A stretch of DNA of 64,000 nucleotides from Trypanosoma brucei (lineage: Eukaryota). This document shows, in pieces, positions 49,436 through 61,974 of the stretch (positions within the stretch are counted from its first letter, which is position 1; every line of letters starts with the position of its first letter). A program made the translations under genes and the position numbers. Location of the stretch: positions 1 to 64,000 of the forward strand of contig CP000067.1 in NCBI GenBank assembly GCA_000002445.1, read 5' to 3'. The notes below the pieces were generated by a model. It was not told the origin of the DNA. It did not search any database and saw only the letters and a list, made by a program, of their open reading frames with translations.

Positions 49436-51463
49436 TTACCTTCGGCCCGCAGCAGCCACCGCAAGCATTTTGATAACTATGTTATCCTCATACTGCACAT
49501 GGTACTGCTGCACATTGTTCTTCCAGAATCCCTTCACAAACTGGTGACTGCGGTGCTTTGCCTTACCCTGTGTAATTTCACACTTCTGCTCAGACCTCAT
49601 CGCTGTGGATTCGAAGTGCTGAACGTAAATGATTTCCCAGTGAAACATCTCAGTAATTTCCTCCAACTGCTCAACGGTAGCCTCATTCTGGTGACCCCCT
49701 CCCTCCGCACTTGGCAAGAGGGATTGTAACAAATGAATGAATTCGTCGGTTTTTGTGTCATGTCTGCTGGCAACAGTAAACTGCAACAACACAATAGTTT
49801 TCTTTCCTGTGGTTCCTGAAGCCTGTGCAGCCTCCTTGTCATCAACAATAAAGAATGCATCCGCTACGGGGTAGTTGGGAATGCACGGCACATATAATTC
49901 CACCGGAGCCCCCTCCGACTCAGCCCAGTTGATGTCACCTGGCACTGTGTTTGTTCGACCAACTTTGAGGAGGTCATCCCTTACGTGTTGCAAAATGCTT
50001 TTGCGTGTCCTCATGCGTCTGGCCCTTTCATTTGCTGGAAGTTTCGTTATTAAACTTACGAAGCAAGTTAACACTCTGGGGGAACACAAATATTTAATTG
50101 CATTCTCCTCAAAATAAAGCCCGATGGCAGATGCATTCCGCATCATACCAGTTGTCAGTGCCCACTCCTCAGCAATGCCGGAAAACACTACATTCAAAAT
50201 TCTTTTCTTTATAGATTCAGAATGCGCCACGCAGACATACGTGTCAAAGGAGTTTCCTTCTCGAGCTTTGATACGAACGATCTTCACGAGCTTATGTGAT
50301 GCATCATTGTCCCTCCATTCCCCACAGTTGTCCAGTACCTTAGTATATATTCCGTACTTGTTACCTGCTACGATACTCCCCAATTCCCCGTCCACTGCAG
50401 TAAGCTCCTGTCCATACATTACTTCGTCAAACACATAACGAAGTGAAGGTCCGACACGCTCCACACGGTTCTCATACATGTTCCACTTTTCCCTCAACTC
50501 AACATGCGTGGCTTGAGGAAACAGCTTGAGTCCCATACGTGAGAAGAAAGCCCGCATTTCACTCATTTCCCAGCAGTTAACAACAATAAAAGCGCCTTTA
50601 CGTTGCTTTTGCCAGCTGTCAAAATTTCTCAAATTGGGTGAACTGATCAAAATGCTTCCCCATTTTGGAGCCACATCTGCCGGTGGCTGCTCGCCTTTGT
50701 TGACGAAGTCATAAATAATATAACCACGTGTATTAGATGATATAACCTTCATAAACGTTATAGCCGCTTCTTTACTGTACTCCCTAACTCTGCCAACGCC
50801 ACCATTATCCGATTTTTCAAATATATATGCGGCTACACCACGGAAATACGCAACAACAGGCAACTCTTCCGCATCATAATGCAATAACTTGTAGAGGATA
50901 AAAGAACCCAAATTCTGAGATTTGCCAATCCCAGGATTACCAATGGCAACGTATGATCGTGGTAAATAAAGACATCCCGGTATAACACGCTGGGTACGCC
51001 ATAATTCAATTCCACTCCTTACAACATTCCATACGCGGAGCTCCTCTCTGCGAATGAATATGTCACTGTTACTTCCCCGGGCAAAGCCTGTATATGGCCA
51101 ACCCATTTCTGAGGTAAGAACCAACAGCTCAACTCCTTCCGTGCGTTCCGGCTTCTGTTCAAGAGTTTCCTCAATTTTGGGGACAACATTAAGTTCCTCA
51201 TCTTTCCACATCAAACCTTCATTGGGCATTCCATCAACCAACGTCATTCCCAATGGTTGAGTTCCATCGTCGATAATAATATAACTCCATTTCGCATTAT
51301 AGGTGGAATCGTATAATTTCTCTTCGAGAGACTTGCCCTCTCCGGTTTCTGATGGGTTCTCGTTTTCTCGGCTGGCTTGTCTCTTCATTGGGCGGTACGC
51401 ACCATTCAACCATCCATTTAAAACATTCCGAGTATCTCCCACACTACCGCCGTTCTGATTCAT
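49436..51463 (-). CDS. RHS: RHS protein, apparently intact (675 aa); type B N-terminus with a distinct core
   Basis: Uninterrupted ORF with P-loop IGNPGIGKSQNLGSFILYKLLHYDAEE. Its first 50 aa and about 440 bp upstream are nearly identical to the 34907..36946 copy. Confidence 0.85.
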   Translation of the reverse strand: MNQNGGSVGDTRNVLNGWLNGAYRPMKRQASRENENPSETGEGKSLEEKLYDSTYNAKWSYIIIDDGTQPLGMTLVDGMPNEGLMWKDEELNVVPKIEETLEQKPERTEGVELLVLTSEMGWPYTGFARGSNSDIFIRREELRVWNVVRSGIELWRTQRVIPGCLYLPRSYVAIGNPGIGKSQNLGSFILYKLLHYDAEELPVVAYFRGVAAYIFEKSDNGGVGRVREYSKEAAITFMKVISSNTRGYIIYDFVNKGEQPPADVAPKWGSILISSPNLRNFDSWQKQRKGAFIVVNCWEMSEMRAFFSRMGLKLFPQATHVELREKWNMYENRVERVGPSLRYVFDEVMYGQELTAVDGELGSIVAGNKYGIYTKVLDNCGEWRDNDASHKLVKIVRIKAREGNSFDTYVCVAHSESIKKRILNVVFSGIAEEWALTTGMMRNASAIGLYFEENAIKYLCSPRVLTCFVSLITKLPANERARRMRTRKSILQHVRDDLLKVGRTNTVPGDINWAESEGAPVELYVPCIPNYPVADAFFIVDDKEAAQASGTTGKKTIVLLQFTVASRHDTKTDEFIHLLQSLLPSAEGGGHQNEATVEQLEEITEMFHWEIIYVQHFESTAMRSEQKCEITQGKAKHRSHQFVKGFWKNNVQQYHVQYEDNIVIKMLAVAAAGRR

Positions 51464-51905
51464 TTCACTGTCCGAATAATAATCTTAATTGAGTGTGTTG
51501 TGTTATTTCCTTTCTTTGTAACATAAATTAAAAAAGAGATTAAAAATAGGGGAATATAAAAAGATACACTTCTAAACCAAATTACAATCAATGAATATTA
51601 GGAATTAATATGGAAGATGAAAACTATTTATTGAAATTAGGATTCAATACAAATCTTATCATGTGTTGGGGTGTCACAGCAACTTAAGCACAAATAAGGT
51701 ATGACAGTATGAATAAACATTTCTGTTGGGAGTAAAACTCAAACAACAATTCCCAGTTACTGCACACAATCATTTCAGAAAAAATAATATACTTACATAT
51801 ATATGGGTATGGAAAAGCAAAAAAAATAAATAAATGTGGCATTGCCATGAAAAACAGCATATAATAGCTTTACTGATAAGCTATGCAAAACGTAGAATAC
51901 TCGGT
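51464..51905. repeat. Conserved RHS 5' flank, type B (copy of 36947..37390)
   Basis: Almost base-for-base identical to 36953..37390, through ...gcatataatagctttactgataagctatgcaaaacgtagaatactcggtt. Confidence 0.85.
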
Positions 51906-54844
51906 TAAAGGTATTCATGCGCATGGTGAAGGATCTTTACATTAAGAAATAATACAAACAACTATCAGAACTTGCGCATAATCTCACATGAGCCGTCACT
52001 CGGAATGACGTTTCCATTACTTATTAACTTTGCAACAACAATTTTAATACATACTCTCACACTCCTAATCAGTACACAGTGTGCAAATGAAAGTACGAGA
52101 TATCAAAACATATACAATAATAATCGCCGTAAAAAGTAAAACCAATGAAAATAAAATCTTATACATCAAAGAGGAACCTCTCTCACCTGACGAACAAATG
52201 CTGCTCACTTTCTTTATTCTTTAAGTGATCCTGTGTTTTTTTTCTTGCGGCCATGGAACCATGAATACAAAGAACATATGAAGGCATGAAAGGTATTTGT
52301 TTTTGTTTTGGTATTGGAGCACCTTGCCATGCGTCTGATCTTGTGCCTTGGTGAAACTCAAAAGAAACGAAAGGCTCACGGAAGGGAACAAATATATTTG
52401 TGGGAATAACAATCCAATATTAGGCCTCTTTTAAGGAGTGTGCTGAGTGGAATAATGGTGAAAAAGAAGTATTGAAAATGTATGCTATATGGACAAATGC
52501 CTTACAATGTTTTCTCTCTATCTGAAACATATGGAATATATGGAATATATAAGGAACAAGAAACATAGGGAATATATGAAGAATAAGGAAATATATGATA
52601 TATTCTGAAGTGCCGGATGTGCTTGTGCGTGTCTTCGTATGTGTTCTCTGCTTTATATATCACTAAATATTTTACACATTTCATTTTACTTTGCGTATGC
52701 TAATAGCTTGTTTTTCCTTGCATCAATTCATGGAAATATCTATTAGAGAAATAATAATTTACTTTTTCTCTTCCTTTCCCGCTAATGTTTCACCGCCTAT
52801 TTTCATTCCTTATAAATACTGTAAATTTCTTTTGTTACTGTAACTATTTCCAAAAAAAATGTAATGGAGACACTTTAAGCATTACATATCATAATATCTC
52901 TAAACTCCTTCTATGTTATGTTAAGTTACAAATATTTTCATTCCCATTAATTTTATTCAGCAGAACATACAAAACACCCTCAAAAGTCCTTCCTTCCTTT
53001 CTTTTTCTTCAACATCATAATATACCTTGTGGAATATACAAATATATAATAACCATAAATGTGTTATATATCTTCACAACATCAGAAGCTATACAACAGA
53101 ATTGTGTTCCTCAAGAAGCAGTGGTTGTGTTTCCTTTTACTTTCTCTCAGAGTCAAACTAATTAATTAATTACTAATAACATCCTCCAAAGATATTGCTT
53201 CTATTTTCTTGGATCACTCAGCAGCGTAACACCGGAGTATTGAAATAAAGAGTCACAGTTCAAAGAAAATAAAACAGTAAAAAAAATAAACAGAGGCTCG
53301 CACCTTCACAATTGGTTGCATTTGGATATATCAAACGCATTTATACACTTGCATTCCTTGTGTTTCTTTTTTGGGGGAGGGTAAATGCAAAATGCAAAAT
53401 GTATCAAGTTGACGAGTAGAAGAAATACAACACTTGATATAATTTCACTTACATATAAGCTTTCGTTTCCCACTTTATTCTAATTCATAATATTTAGATA
53501 GCAATGTAATGGAGCATTCAGCCATAAACATTTTAACCATAAATATAGTAACTAATGTGTGAATGGTAACCCATGGTGATACATTCCATATGGAACAATA
53601 CCACATTGTTAAATATACGCATGGAATTAAAACTATAGCACTAAATTGAAAATGAAAAATTAGAAGAGAGAAAGATATGAATTATCAAAAGAGGCATATT
53701 CTTCACTAACATGCACTTGTTTCAATACAATCATAATTTCAAATTACTTTAAATGATAAGTGGCCCAATGTCCTGAAACGACACAATAACAATGATTTCA
53801 TTATAACAACTGTAAAATAATGATATGCAATAAAGTAAATAATATAAATAAATAAAAATACAGCAAGCACTGCAGAATATATTTTACTGCTATAACCATT
53901 TGCAAACAAATGAATAGCTTTGCTCATTGGAAGAAAATAATTAAATTCAAACTTCCTATGATTCTGCCAGTGTTGGTGAGCTACGTGTGGGACTCAAAAA
54001 AAACAAAAGTTTATTTTAAATAAATATAAAGAAAAGAAAAACTTCTCATGAAACCATAAGGGTACCCCTGTGAGTTATGTGCTGCTGTAAAACATAGTTA
54101 ACTTCACAACCCTCAAGAAAGAAAGAAATAATAAAAGTAAAATGTAAACAAAAATAAAGTTAAGATATATAATACACTTATGCTTAACTAAATGTAACGT
54201 GTCATACGTAAAGGTGATAAAATAATAATCACAATGTAATGTTATCAATGCTTTCCTTCGCAAACGAAAACTGTCACATCTCAATGTGTTCTTCCAAATT
54301 AATATAAAGGAACCAGCTGTGTTTGTATAATATTCTACAATGTCATTTGGCATTGTCCAATGCTCACTCAAAAAACTCCTTCGTTTTGTTGCGATGTAGC
54401 TGTTGACAGTGTTGTGCTCTTTTTCTTTTTTATTTTTTAACATACAACTATGGGTTTCCGTAATCCTCTCAATATTGCTGCAGTTCCCATCATTAAAAAA
54501 AAAACAAAAGAAATCCATCAAAATAGCGTAACTGGAGTATAAGATGTTGTAGAGAACAATGTATTTATTTTGAGTAATGGAACTCTGTGAGGTCGAAGAC
54601 AATAATCCGAAACGATTGAACCGAAACTTTCATTGCCCCATGCCTGTAAAATAATAATTTAATTGCTCAACGCATATTCTCATCCTGCAGTAAGTAGTTC
54701 AAACAATTTCGTACACACATGAAACACTGGAAGGAAAAGAAAACATATACATTGCATAAACCTTTACTAAATGAAAATACTATTTTTGGTATCGAGTTCA
54801 CCATGTGTTACAGAGCCACATTTCACTAACATGCTAAAGCATAA

Positions 54845-56542
54845 TTAATTCATCATCATATTTCTGATCATCAGCGATAGGGCTTGACATTTGTATGATT
54901 CGACTCCTCCAACATTTCCTTTTACTCTTACAATCTTCACCAACTTGTTCATAACTTCATCGTTCCGCCAGTCAGCCGTGTGTTCAATAATATCATTATA
55001 GCAATATTTATCAGATTTCTTCATAGCTCTCAACGCATCATACACACTTTTCAGATGCCACTCATAACAACCTAAACCAAATATATAACGAGGCAGCGGT
55101 CCAATTAAATTAATGCGTTCCTCCACTATTTTCCACTCATCTTCAATTTCTCTCTTCAATTCGTATCTTCTTCTGTTGGACACCTTTTCTCCTGTATGTA
55201 TTGACAGCTTTTTCCATGCCATAAATGCCTTCATGTCACGCACATCATCGCAGTTCATAATAATTTGGTGGCCTCCCTTATTTGCACTCCACTCATCAAA
55301 ATGGTCACTTTTAGGGAAAGTGAGGAAAGTTACACTCCAAACATCAGAGGGAAGTTGAGTGTATAGTTGCTCCATTGCATACCTTGTGTCCATAACAATG
55401 TGCCCTTTGCTTTCAGATTTCATTTTATTTATGGCAGCAACGGCAGACTCCCAGCGTTCGTATTCATCAACAGTCCCTCTTTCCTCACCCTCTCGGTTGT
55501 ATATCAGGAAGGCAGAATCCTCCAAGAAATATGCAACAACATCAAGCATTCCTTCATTGAAGTGAAGCAGTGAATAAAATAAAAATGATCCAAGGCCACA
55601 TGTTTTACCAATTCCAGACGTGCCAATAATAATATGTATTGGTGGACCCTCAGCTGTTGCTTCCATCCACCATGCTTTCAGACCTCGTTGGATTATATAC
55701 CACACGCGCATAATTTCACGACGGATATATACATGCTTGCAAATTGTCTTGCATCTCTCAGTGTAACCCAATACAAACCTGTTGTATGGCCAACCCTTCT
55801 CCGACGTAAGAACAAAAATCTCCAAACCATTGGATCCTTCCTTTACTCTTGCATCAACATCGGCAGTTTTAGGAGTTATATTCAATTCTGCCTCCGTCCA
55901 TATGCGCTGCGGCCTTCCATCGAATACCTTCATTCCAAGTGGCTCCGCATCATAACCCGACATCACATAACTCCATTTCGCATTGTAAAAAGAATCGTAA
56001 ACATCTCGACAACTTTTGACAGAAACACGCGGCAGAAACCATACTTCTGATTCCGTGACAGCATATTGTACTGCATTCAACCTTCCCCTTGCTACAGGGC
56101 TAATGGAGTTTTTCACCTCTGGAGTTGCACCGTTCACCCAATCGCTGATGGTATAAATTTTTTCCTCTTTAAGGTAGTTTATCCACATTTCTGTTTCAGG
56201 CAGTTTCTCAACAATCCTTTTGTACTCCCTGAACTCATAAAGCCCCTGTATATCCTCAAGAATCTCGGCATCCTTAATATAATCTTCAGGATTCTTAACA
56301 AACGTTTCCATTGACACATTCACTGTGTTATACGTGTTTGAGAAGCATTGATTCAAAAAGTCATGCAGATTCATTTTGGGCAATGTCGCATATTCTTCCA
56401 GCAAAAAATCCCTCACTGTACTGTTCATTTTACAATCAGAAAATCTTTTATATCTCTGCGGCATCTGTGGAGGCTGAGCAGGAGGAGGTGCTACATGTTC
56501 ATCCCGTGGCCTCCTCATGGCTCCTTCAATGTTATTTGGCAC
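54845..56542 (-). CDS. RHS: RHS protein copy, C-terminally truncated (565 aa; stop falls about 250-290 codons before the position where the 46048-type core continues). It is likely a pseudogene or truncated variant.
   Basis: Type-A-like N-terminus MPNNIEGAMRRPRDEHVAPPP..., P-loop IGTSGIGKTCG, and it ends ...LVKIVRVKGNVGGVESYKCQALSLMIRNMMMN* at a TAA. The ancestral upstream ATG (cf. ATGTCAAGAGCAAAT at 4715) reads ATATCAAGAGCCAAT here. Confidence 0.7.
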   Translation of the reverse strand: MPNNIEGAMRRPRDEHVAPPPAQPPQMPQRYKRFSDCKMNSTVRDFLLEEYATLPKMNLHDFLNQCFSNTYNTVNVSMETFVKNPEDYIKDAEILEDIQGLYEFREYKRIVEKLPETEMWINYLKEEKIYTISDWVNGATPEVKNSISPVARGRLNAVQYAVTESEVWFLPRVSVKSCRDVYDSFYNAKWSYVMSGYDAEPLGMKVFDGRPQRIWTEAELNITPKTADVDARVKEGSNGLEIFVLTSEKGWPYNRFVLGYTERCKTICKHVYIRREIMRVWYIIQRGLKAWWMEATAEGPPIHIIIGTSGIGKTCGLGSFLFYSLLHFNEGMLDVVAYFLEDSAFLIYNREGEERGTVDEYERWESAVAAINKMKSESKGHIVMDTRYAMEQLYTQLPSDVWSVTFLTFPKSDHFDEWSANKGGHQIIMNCDDVRDMKAFMAWKKLSIHTGEKVSNRRRYELKREIEDEWKIVEERINLIGPLPRYIFGLGCYEWHLKSVYDALRAMKKSDKYCYNDIIEHTADWRNDEVMNKLVKIVRVKGNVGGVESYKCQALSLMIRNMMMN

Positions 56543-59500
56543 TTGTGGGTTTGCGTTATTTCCTTGTGGAGCTGCGGGGCTATTGGCTCTTGATATAACT
56601 ATTTTAACAACCGTTATTAACTTAACTATCTTTTCTTAACTTTACTTTTTTAACTGAAATTATAAATAGCTGAAGTAAAGCAGCCGATGAGGAAAACAAA
56701 AGTGTGTGAATTGTGTAACATAATATCAAATGTGATAGAGCAAGATAATATTTATTTACCGCTGTTTGCATAATATGATATCATAATGTATTTGATATTA
56801 AGGAAAACAATTTCAAAATATAGTAGCTGTTAATAAATTATTTCCCTTGCTTCATCATTATGTGCCAAATATAATTAATTTCCTGTATCATTCTTTTTAA
56901 ACCATATATAATATGGAAACAAAAAATATTACTGCCTCATACACCTGAATAAACACTTTGTATAGAGTTGACAGTTGTGAAAGGTCAAATTCTATTAATT
57001 AAAATCATTTTTTAAAAATAAACAATAAGCAGAAATATATATGGATATTAATGAAAGGGGAAAAGAATATCGGCACGAGGTATGGATATACACACATTAG
57101 TACAGACACATGAATACACAACTGTTTTCCTGCTATTTCCTCCTTTCTGCCAATACGAGGCATTCAGTTGTATTGAAGGAACTCGTTGAAATATAAATCA
57201 TTTTTCTAACCCATATACTTACCACCGGAATAACGTATTGAATAATCTCTGTATGATATTTATGGAATTGATAATTCTTTTTTCCCCTTTTATAACGTGG
57301 AATGCTGATGCAGCTCTTGGTAGTGTTTCACCAGCAGTCTTCATTGAGATTCCATGCGGTGTCGTAGCATTGTGAGGAGAGTTCTGGGCAGAGGAGACCC
57401 GGGTTCCGCAATGTTGGATTCAGTGTGGGGCCGACATTGGCTCACGATAGGACTCATGAAGGAGCTTGTGAGAGTTCTCTTTTCATGCGCAATCCGAAAG
57501 AGTAGAGGACAATGAATTTATGTCTCCGGTAAAAGAGAGGTTCATCACGTTGTTCACTATATTTGCTTCCGCCTCGTTCATTTAGTGGTTGTTGTGACCC
57601 TTTTTTCTGGGGTGGGGGATTTCTGTCCCTCTTTTCCTCAATGCTACCGCTTTGTCTCGAGTTTTGTGTGTCTGCTTTTGTGCCTTGGTGAAACTCAAAA
57701 GAAACGCTAGCGAAAGGCTCACAGAAGTTAATAAATATATTTGTAGAAATAATCCAATAATGGACCTCTTTTGAGGAATGGTGAGTGAAAAAAATGGTGC
57801 AAAAAAACATTGAAAATTTATGCCACATGGACAAGTGCTTTATAATGTTCCCACTGTGTGGAAATATGGAATATATAAGGAACATATGAGAGGCAGTGAA
57901 TAGTTATAGAACAAACGGAATATATGGAGAACAAGAAACGTAGGGAATATATCAAATGTATGGTATATATGGAATGTATGAGAGGCAAAAAGTATGGAAA
58001 AACTTTGTTAATTGAATATACATTCATGTATTCTCAGGTGCTGGATGTGTTTGTGCGTGTATTTATATGTATGTGTTCTCTGCTTTATATATCACTAAAT
58101 ATTTTACACATTTCATTTTACTTTGCGTATGCTAATAGCTTGTTTTTCCTTGCATCAATTCATGGAAATATCTATTAGAGAAATAATAATTTACTTTTTC
58201 TCTTCCTTTCCCGCTAATGTTTCACCGCCTATTTCCATTCCTTATAAATACTGTAAATTTCTTTTGTTACTGTAACTATTTCCAAAAAAAATGTAAGTAA
58301 GACAGTTTAAGCATTACACATCATAATATCTCCAAACTCCTTCTATGTTATGTTAAGCTACAAATATTTTCATTCCCATTAATTTTATTCAGCAGAACAT
58401 ACAAAACACCCTCAAAAGTCCTTCCTTCCTTTCTTTATTTTTTTTTTTGAAATCATAATATATCTTGTGGAATATACAAATATATAATAACCATAAATGT
58501 GTTATATATCATCAAAACATCAGCAGCTTCACGACATAATTGTGTCCTTCAATAAGCAGTGGTTGTGTTTCCTTTTATTTTATCTCAGAGTCAAACTAAT
58601 TAATTAATTACTAACAGCATCCTCCAAAAATGTTTCTTCTATTTTCTTGGATCACTCAGCAGCGTAACACCGGAGTATTGAAATAAAGAGTCACAGTTCA
58701 AAGAATACAAAACAGTAAAAAAAATAAACAGAGGCTCGCACCTTCACAATTGGTTGCATTTGGATATATCAAACGCATTTATACACTTGCATTCCTTGTG
58801 TTTCTTTTTTGGGGGAGGGTAAATGCAAAATGTATCAAGTTGACGAGTAGAAGAAATACAGCACTTGATATAATTTCACTTACATATAAGCTTTCGTTTC
58901 CCACTTTATTCTAATTCATAATATTTAGATAGCAATGTAATGCAGTATTCAGCAATAAACATTTTAACCATAAATATAGTAACTAATGTGTGAATGGTAG
59001 CCCATGGCGATACATTCCATATGGAACAATACCACATTGTTAAATATATACATCGAATTAAAACTATAGCACTAAATTGAAAATGAAAAATTAGAAGAGA
59101 GAAAGATATGAATTATCAAAAGAGGCATATTCTTCACTAACATGCACTTGTTTCAATACAATCATAATTTCAAATTACTTTAAATGATAAGTGGCCCAAT
59201 GTCCTGAAATGACACAATAACAATGATTTCATTATAGCACCTGTAAAATAATGATATGAAATAAAATAAATAATAAAAATAAATAAAAATACAGCAAGCA
59301 CTGCAGAATATATTTTACTGCTATAACCATTTGCCAACAGATGAATAGCTTTGCTCATTGGAAGAAAATAATTAAATTCAAACTTCCTATGACTATGCCA
59401 GTGTTAATGAGCTACGTGTGGGACTCAAAAAAAAAAACAAAAAGTTTATTTTAAATAAACATGAAGAAAAGAAAAACTTCTCATGAAACCATAAGGGTAT

Positions 59501-60276
59501 CCGTGTGAGTTATGTGCTGCTGTCAAACATAGTTAACTTCACAACCCTTAAGAAAGAGAGAAATAATAAAAGTAAAATGTAAACAAAAATAAAGGTAAGA
59601 TATATAATACACTTATGCTTAACTAAATGTAACATGTCATACGTAAAGGTGATAAAATAATAATCACAATGTAATGTTATCAATGCTTTCCTTCGCAAAC
59701 GAAAACTGTCACATCTCAATGTGTTCTTTCAAATTAATATAAAGGAACCAGCTGTGTTTGTATAATATTCTACAATGTCATTTGGCATTGTCCAATGCTC
59801 ACTCAAAAAACTCCTTCGTTTTGTTGCGATGTAGCTGTTGTCAGTTGTGCTCTTTTTTTATTTTATTTTTTAACATACAACTATGGGTTTCCGTAATCCT
59901 CTCAATATTGCTGCAGTTCCCATCATTAAAAAAAAACAAAAGAAATCCATCAAAATAGCGTAACTGGAGTATAAGATGTTGTAGAGAACAATGTATTTAT
60001 TTTGAGTAATGGAACTCTGTGAGGTCGAAGACAATAATCCTAAACGATTGAACCGAAACTTTCATTGCCCCATGCCTGTAAAATAATAATTTAATTGCTC
60101 AACGCATATTCTCATCCTGCAGTAAGTAGTTCAAACAATTTCGTACACACATGAAACACTGGAAGGAAAAGAAAACATATACATTGCATAAACCTTTACT
60201 AAATGAAAATACTATTTTTGGTATCGAGTTCACCATGTGTTACAGAGCCACATTTCACTAACATGCTAAAGCATAA

Positions 60277-61974
60277 TTAATTCATCATCATATTTCTGAT
60301 CATCAGCGATAGGGCTTGACATTTGTATGATTCGACTCCTCCAACATTTCCTTTTACTCTTACAATCTTCACCAACTTGTTCATAACTTCATCGTTCCGC
60401 CAGTCAGCCGTGTGTTCAATAATATCATTATAGCAATATTTATCAGATTTCTTCATAGCTCTCAACGCATCATACACACTTTTCAGATGCCACTCATAAC
60501 AACCTAAACCAAATATATAACGAGGCAGCGGTCCAATTAAATTAATGCGTCCCTCCACTATTTTCCACTCATCTTCAATTTCTCTCTTCAATTCGTATCT
60601 TCTTCTGTTGGACACCTTTTCTCCTGTATGTATTGACAGCTTTTTCCATGCCATAAATGCCTTCATGTCACGCACATCATCGCAGTTTATAATAATATGG
60701 TGGCCTCCCTTATTTGCACTCCACTCATCAAAATGGGCACTTTTAGGGAAAGTGAGGAAAGTTACACTCCAAACATCAGAGGGAAGTTGAGTGTATAGTT
60801 CCTCCATTGCATACCTTGTGTCCATAACAATGTGCCCTTTGCTTTCAGATTTCATTTTATTTATGGCAGAAACGGCAGACTCCCAGCGTTTGTATTCATC
60901 AACAGTCCCTCTTCCCTCACCCTCTCGGTTGTATATCAGGAAGGCAGCATCCTCCAAGAAATATGCAACAACATCAAGCATTCCTTCATTGAAGTGAAGC
61001 AGTGAATAAAATAAAAATGATCCAAGGCCACATGTTTTACCAATTCCAGACGTGCCAATAATAATATGTATTGGTGGACCCTCAGCTGTTGCTTCCATCC
61101 ACCATGCTTTCAGACCTCGTTGGATTATATACCACACGCGCATAATTTCACGACGGATATATACATGCTTGCAAATTGTCTTGCATCTCTCAGTGTAACC
61201 CAATACAAACCTGTTGTATGGCCAACCCTTCTCCGACGTAAGAACAAAAATCTCCAAACCATTGGATCCTTCCTTTACTCTTGCATCAACATCGGCAGTT
61301 TTAGGAGTTATATTCAATTCTGCCTCCGTCCATATGCGCTGCGGCCTTCCATCGAATACCTTCATTCCAAGTGGCTCCGCATCATAACCCGACATCACAT
61401 AACTCCATTTCGCATTGTAAAAAGAATCGTAAACATCTCGACAACTTTTGACAGAAACACGCGGCAGAAACCATACTTCTGATTCCGTGACAGCATGTTG
61501 TACTGCATTCAACCTTCCCCTTGCTACGGGGCTAATGGAGTTTTTCACCTCTGGAGTTGCACCGTTCACCCAATCGCTGATGGTAAAAATTTTTTCCTCT
61601 TTTAGGTAGTTTATCCACATTTCTGTTTCAGGCAGTTTCTCAACAATCCTTTTGTACTCCCTGAACTCATAAAGCCCCTGTATATCCTCAAGAATCTCGG
61701 CATCCTTAATATAATCTTCAGGATTCTTAACAAACGTTTCCATTGACACATTCACTGTGTTATACGTGTTTGAGAAGCATTGATTCAAAAAGTCATGCAG
61801 ATTCATTTTGGGCAATGTCGCATATCTTTCCAGCAAAAAATCCCTCACTGTACTGTTCATTTTCCAATCAGAAAATCTTTTATATCTCTGCGGCATCTGT
61901 GGAGGCTGAGCAGGAGGAGGTGCTACATGTTCATCCCGTGGCCTCCTCATGGGCCCTTCAATGTTATTTGGCAC
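60277..61974 (-). CDS. RHS: RHS protein copy, C-terminally truncated (565 aa); tandem duplicate of 54845..56542
   Basis: About 98% identical to 54845..56542 and shares the same premature TAA. Confidence 0.7.
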   Translation of the reverse strand: MPNNIEGPMRRPRDEHVAPPPAQPPQMPQRYKRFSDWKMNSTVRDFLLERYATLPKMNLHDFLNQCFSNTYNTVNVSMETFVKNPEDYIKDAEILEDIQGLYEFREYKRIVEKLPETEMWINYLKEEKIFTISDWVNGATPEVKNSISPVARGRLNAVQHAVTESEVWFLPRVSVKSCRDVYDSFYNAKWSYVMSGYDAEPLGMKVFDGRPQRIWTEAELNITPKTADVDARVKEGSNGLEIFVLTSEKGWPYNRFVLGYTERCKTICKHVYIRREIMRVWYIIQRGLKAWWMEATAEGPPIHIIIGTSGIGKTCGLGSFLFYSLLHFNEGMLDVVAYFLEDAAFLIYNREGEGRGTVDEYKRWESAVSAINKMKSESKGHIVMDTRYAMEELYTQLPSDVWSVTFLTFPKSAHFDEWSANKGGHHIIINCDDVRDMKAFMAWKKLSIHTGEKVSNRRRYELKREIEDEWKIVEGRINLIGPLPRYIFGLGCYEWHLKSVYDALRAMKKSDKYCYNDIIEHTADWRNDEVMNKLVKIVRVKGNVGGVESYKCQALSLMIRNMMMN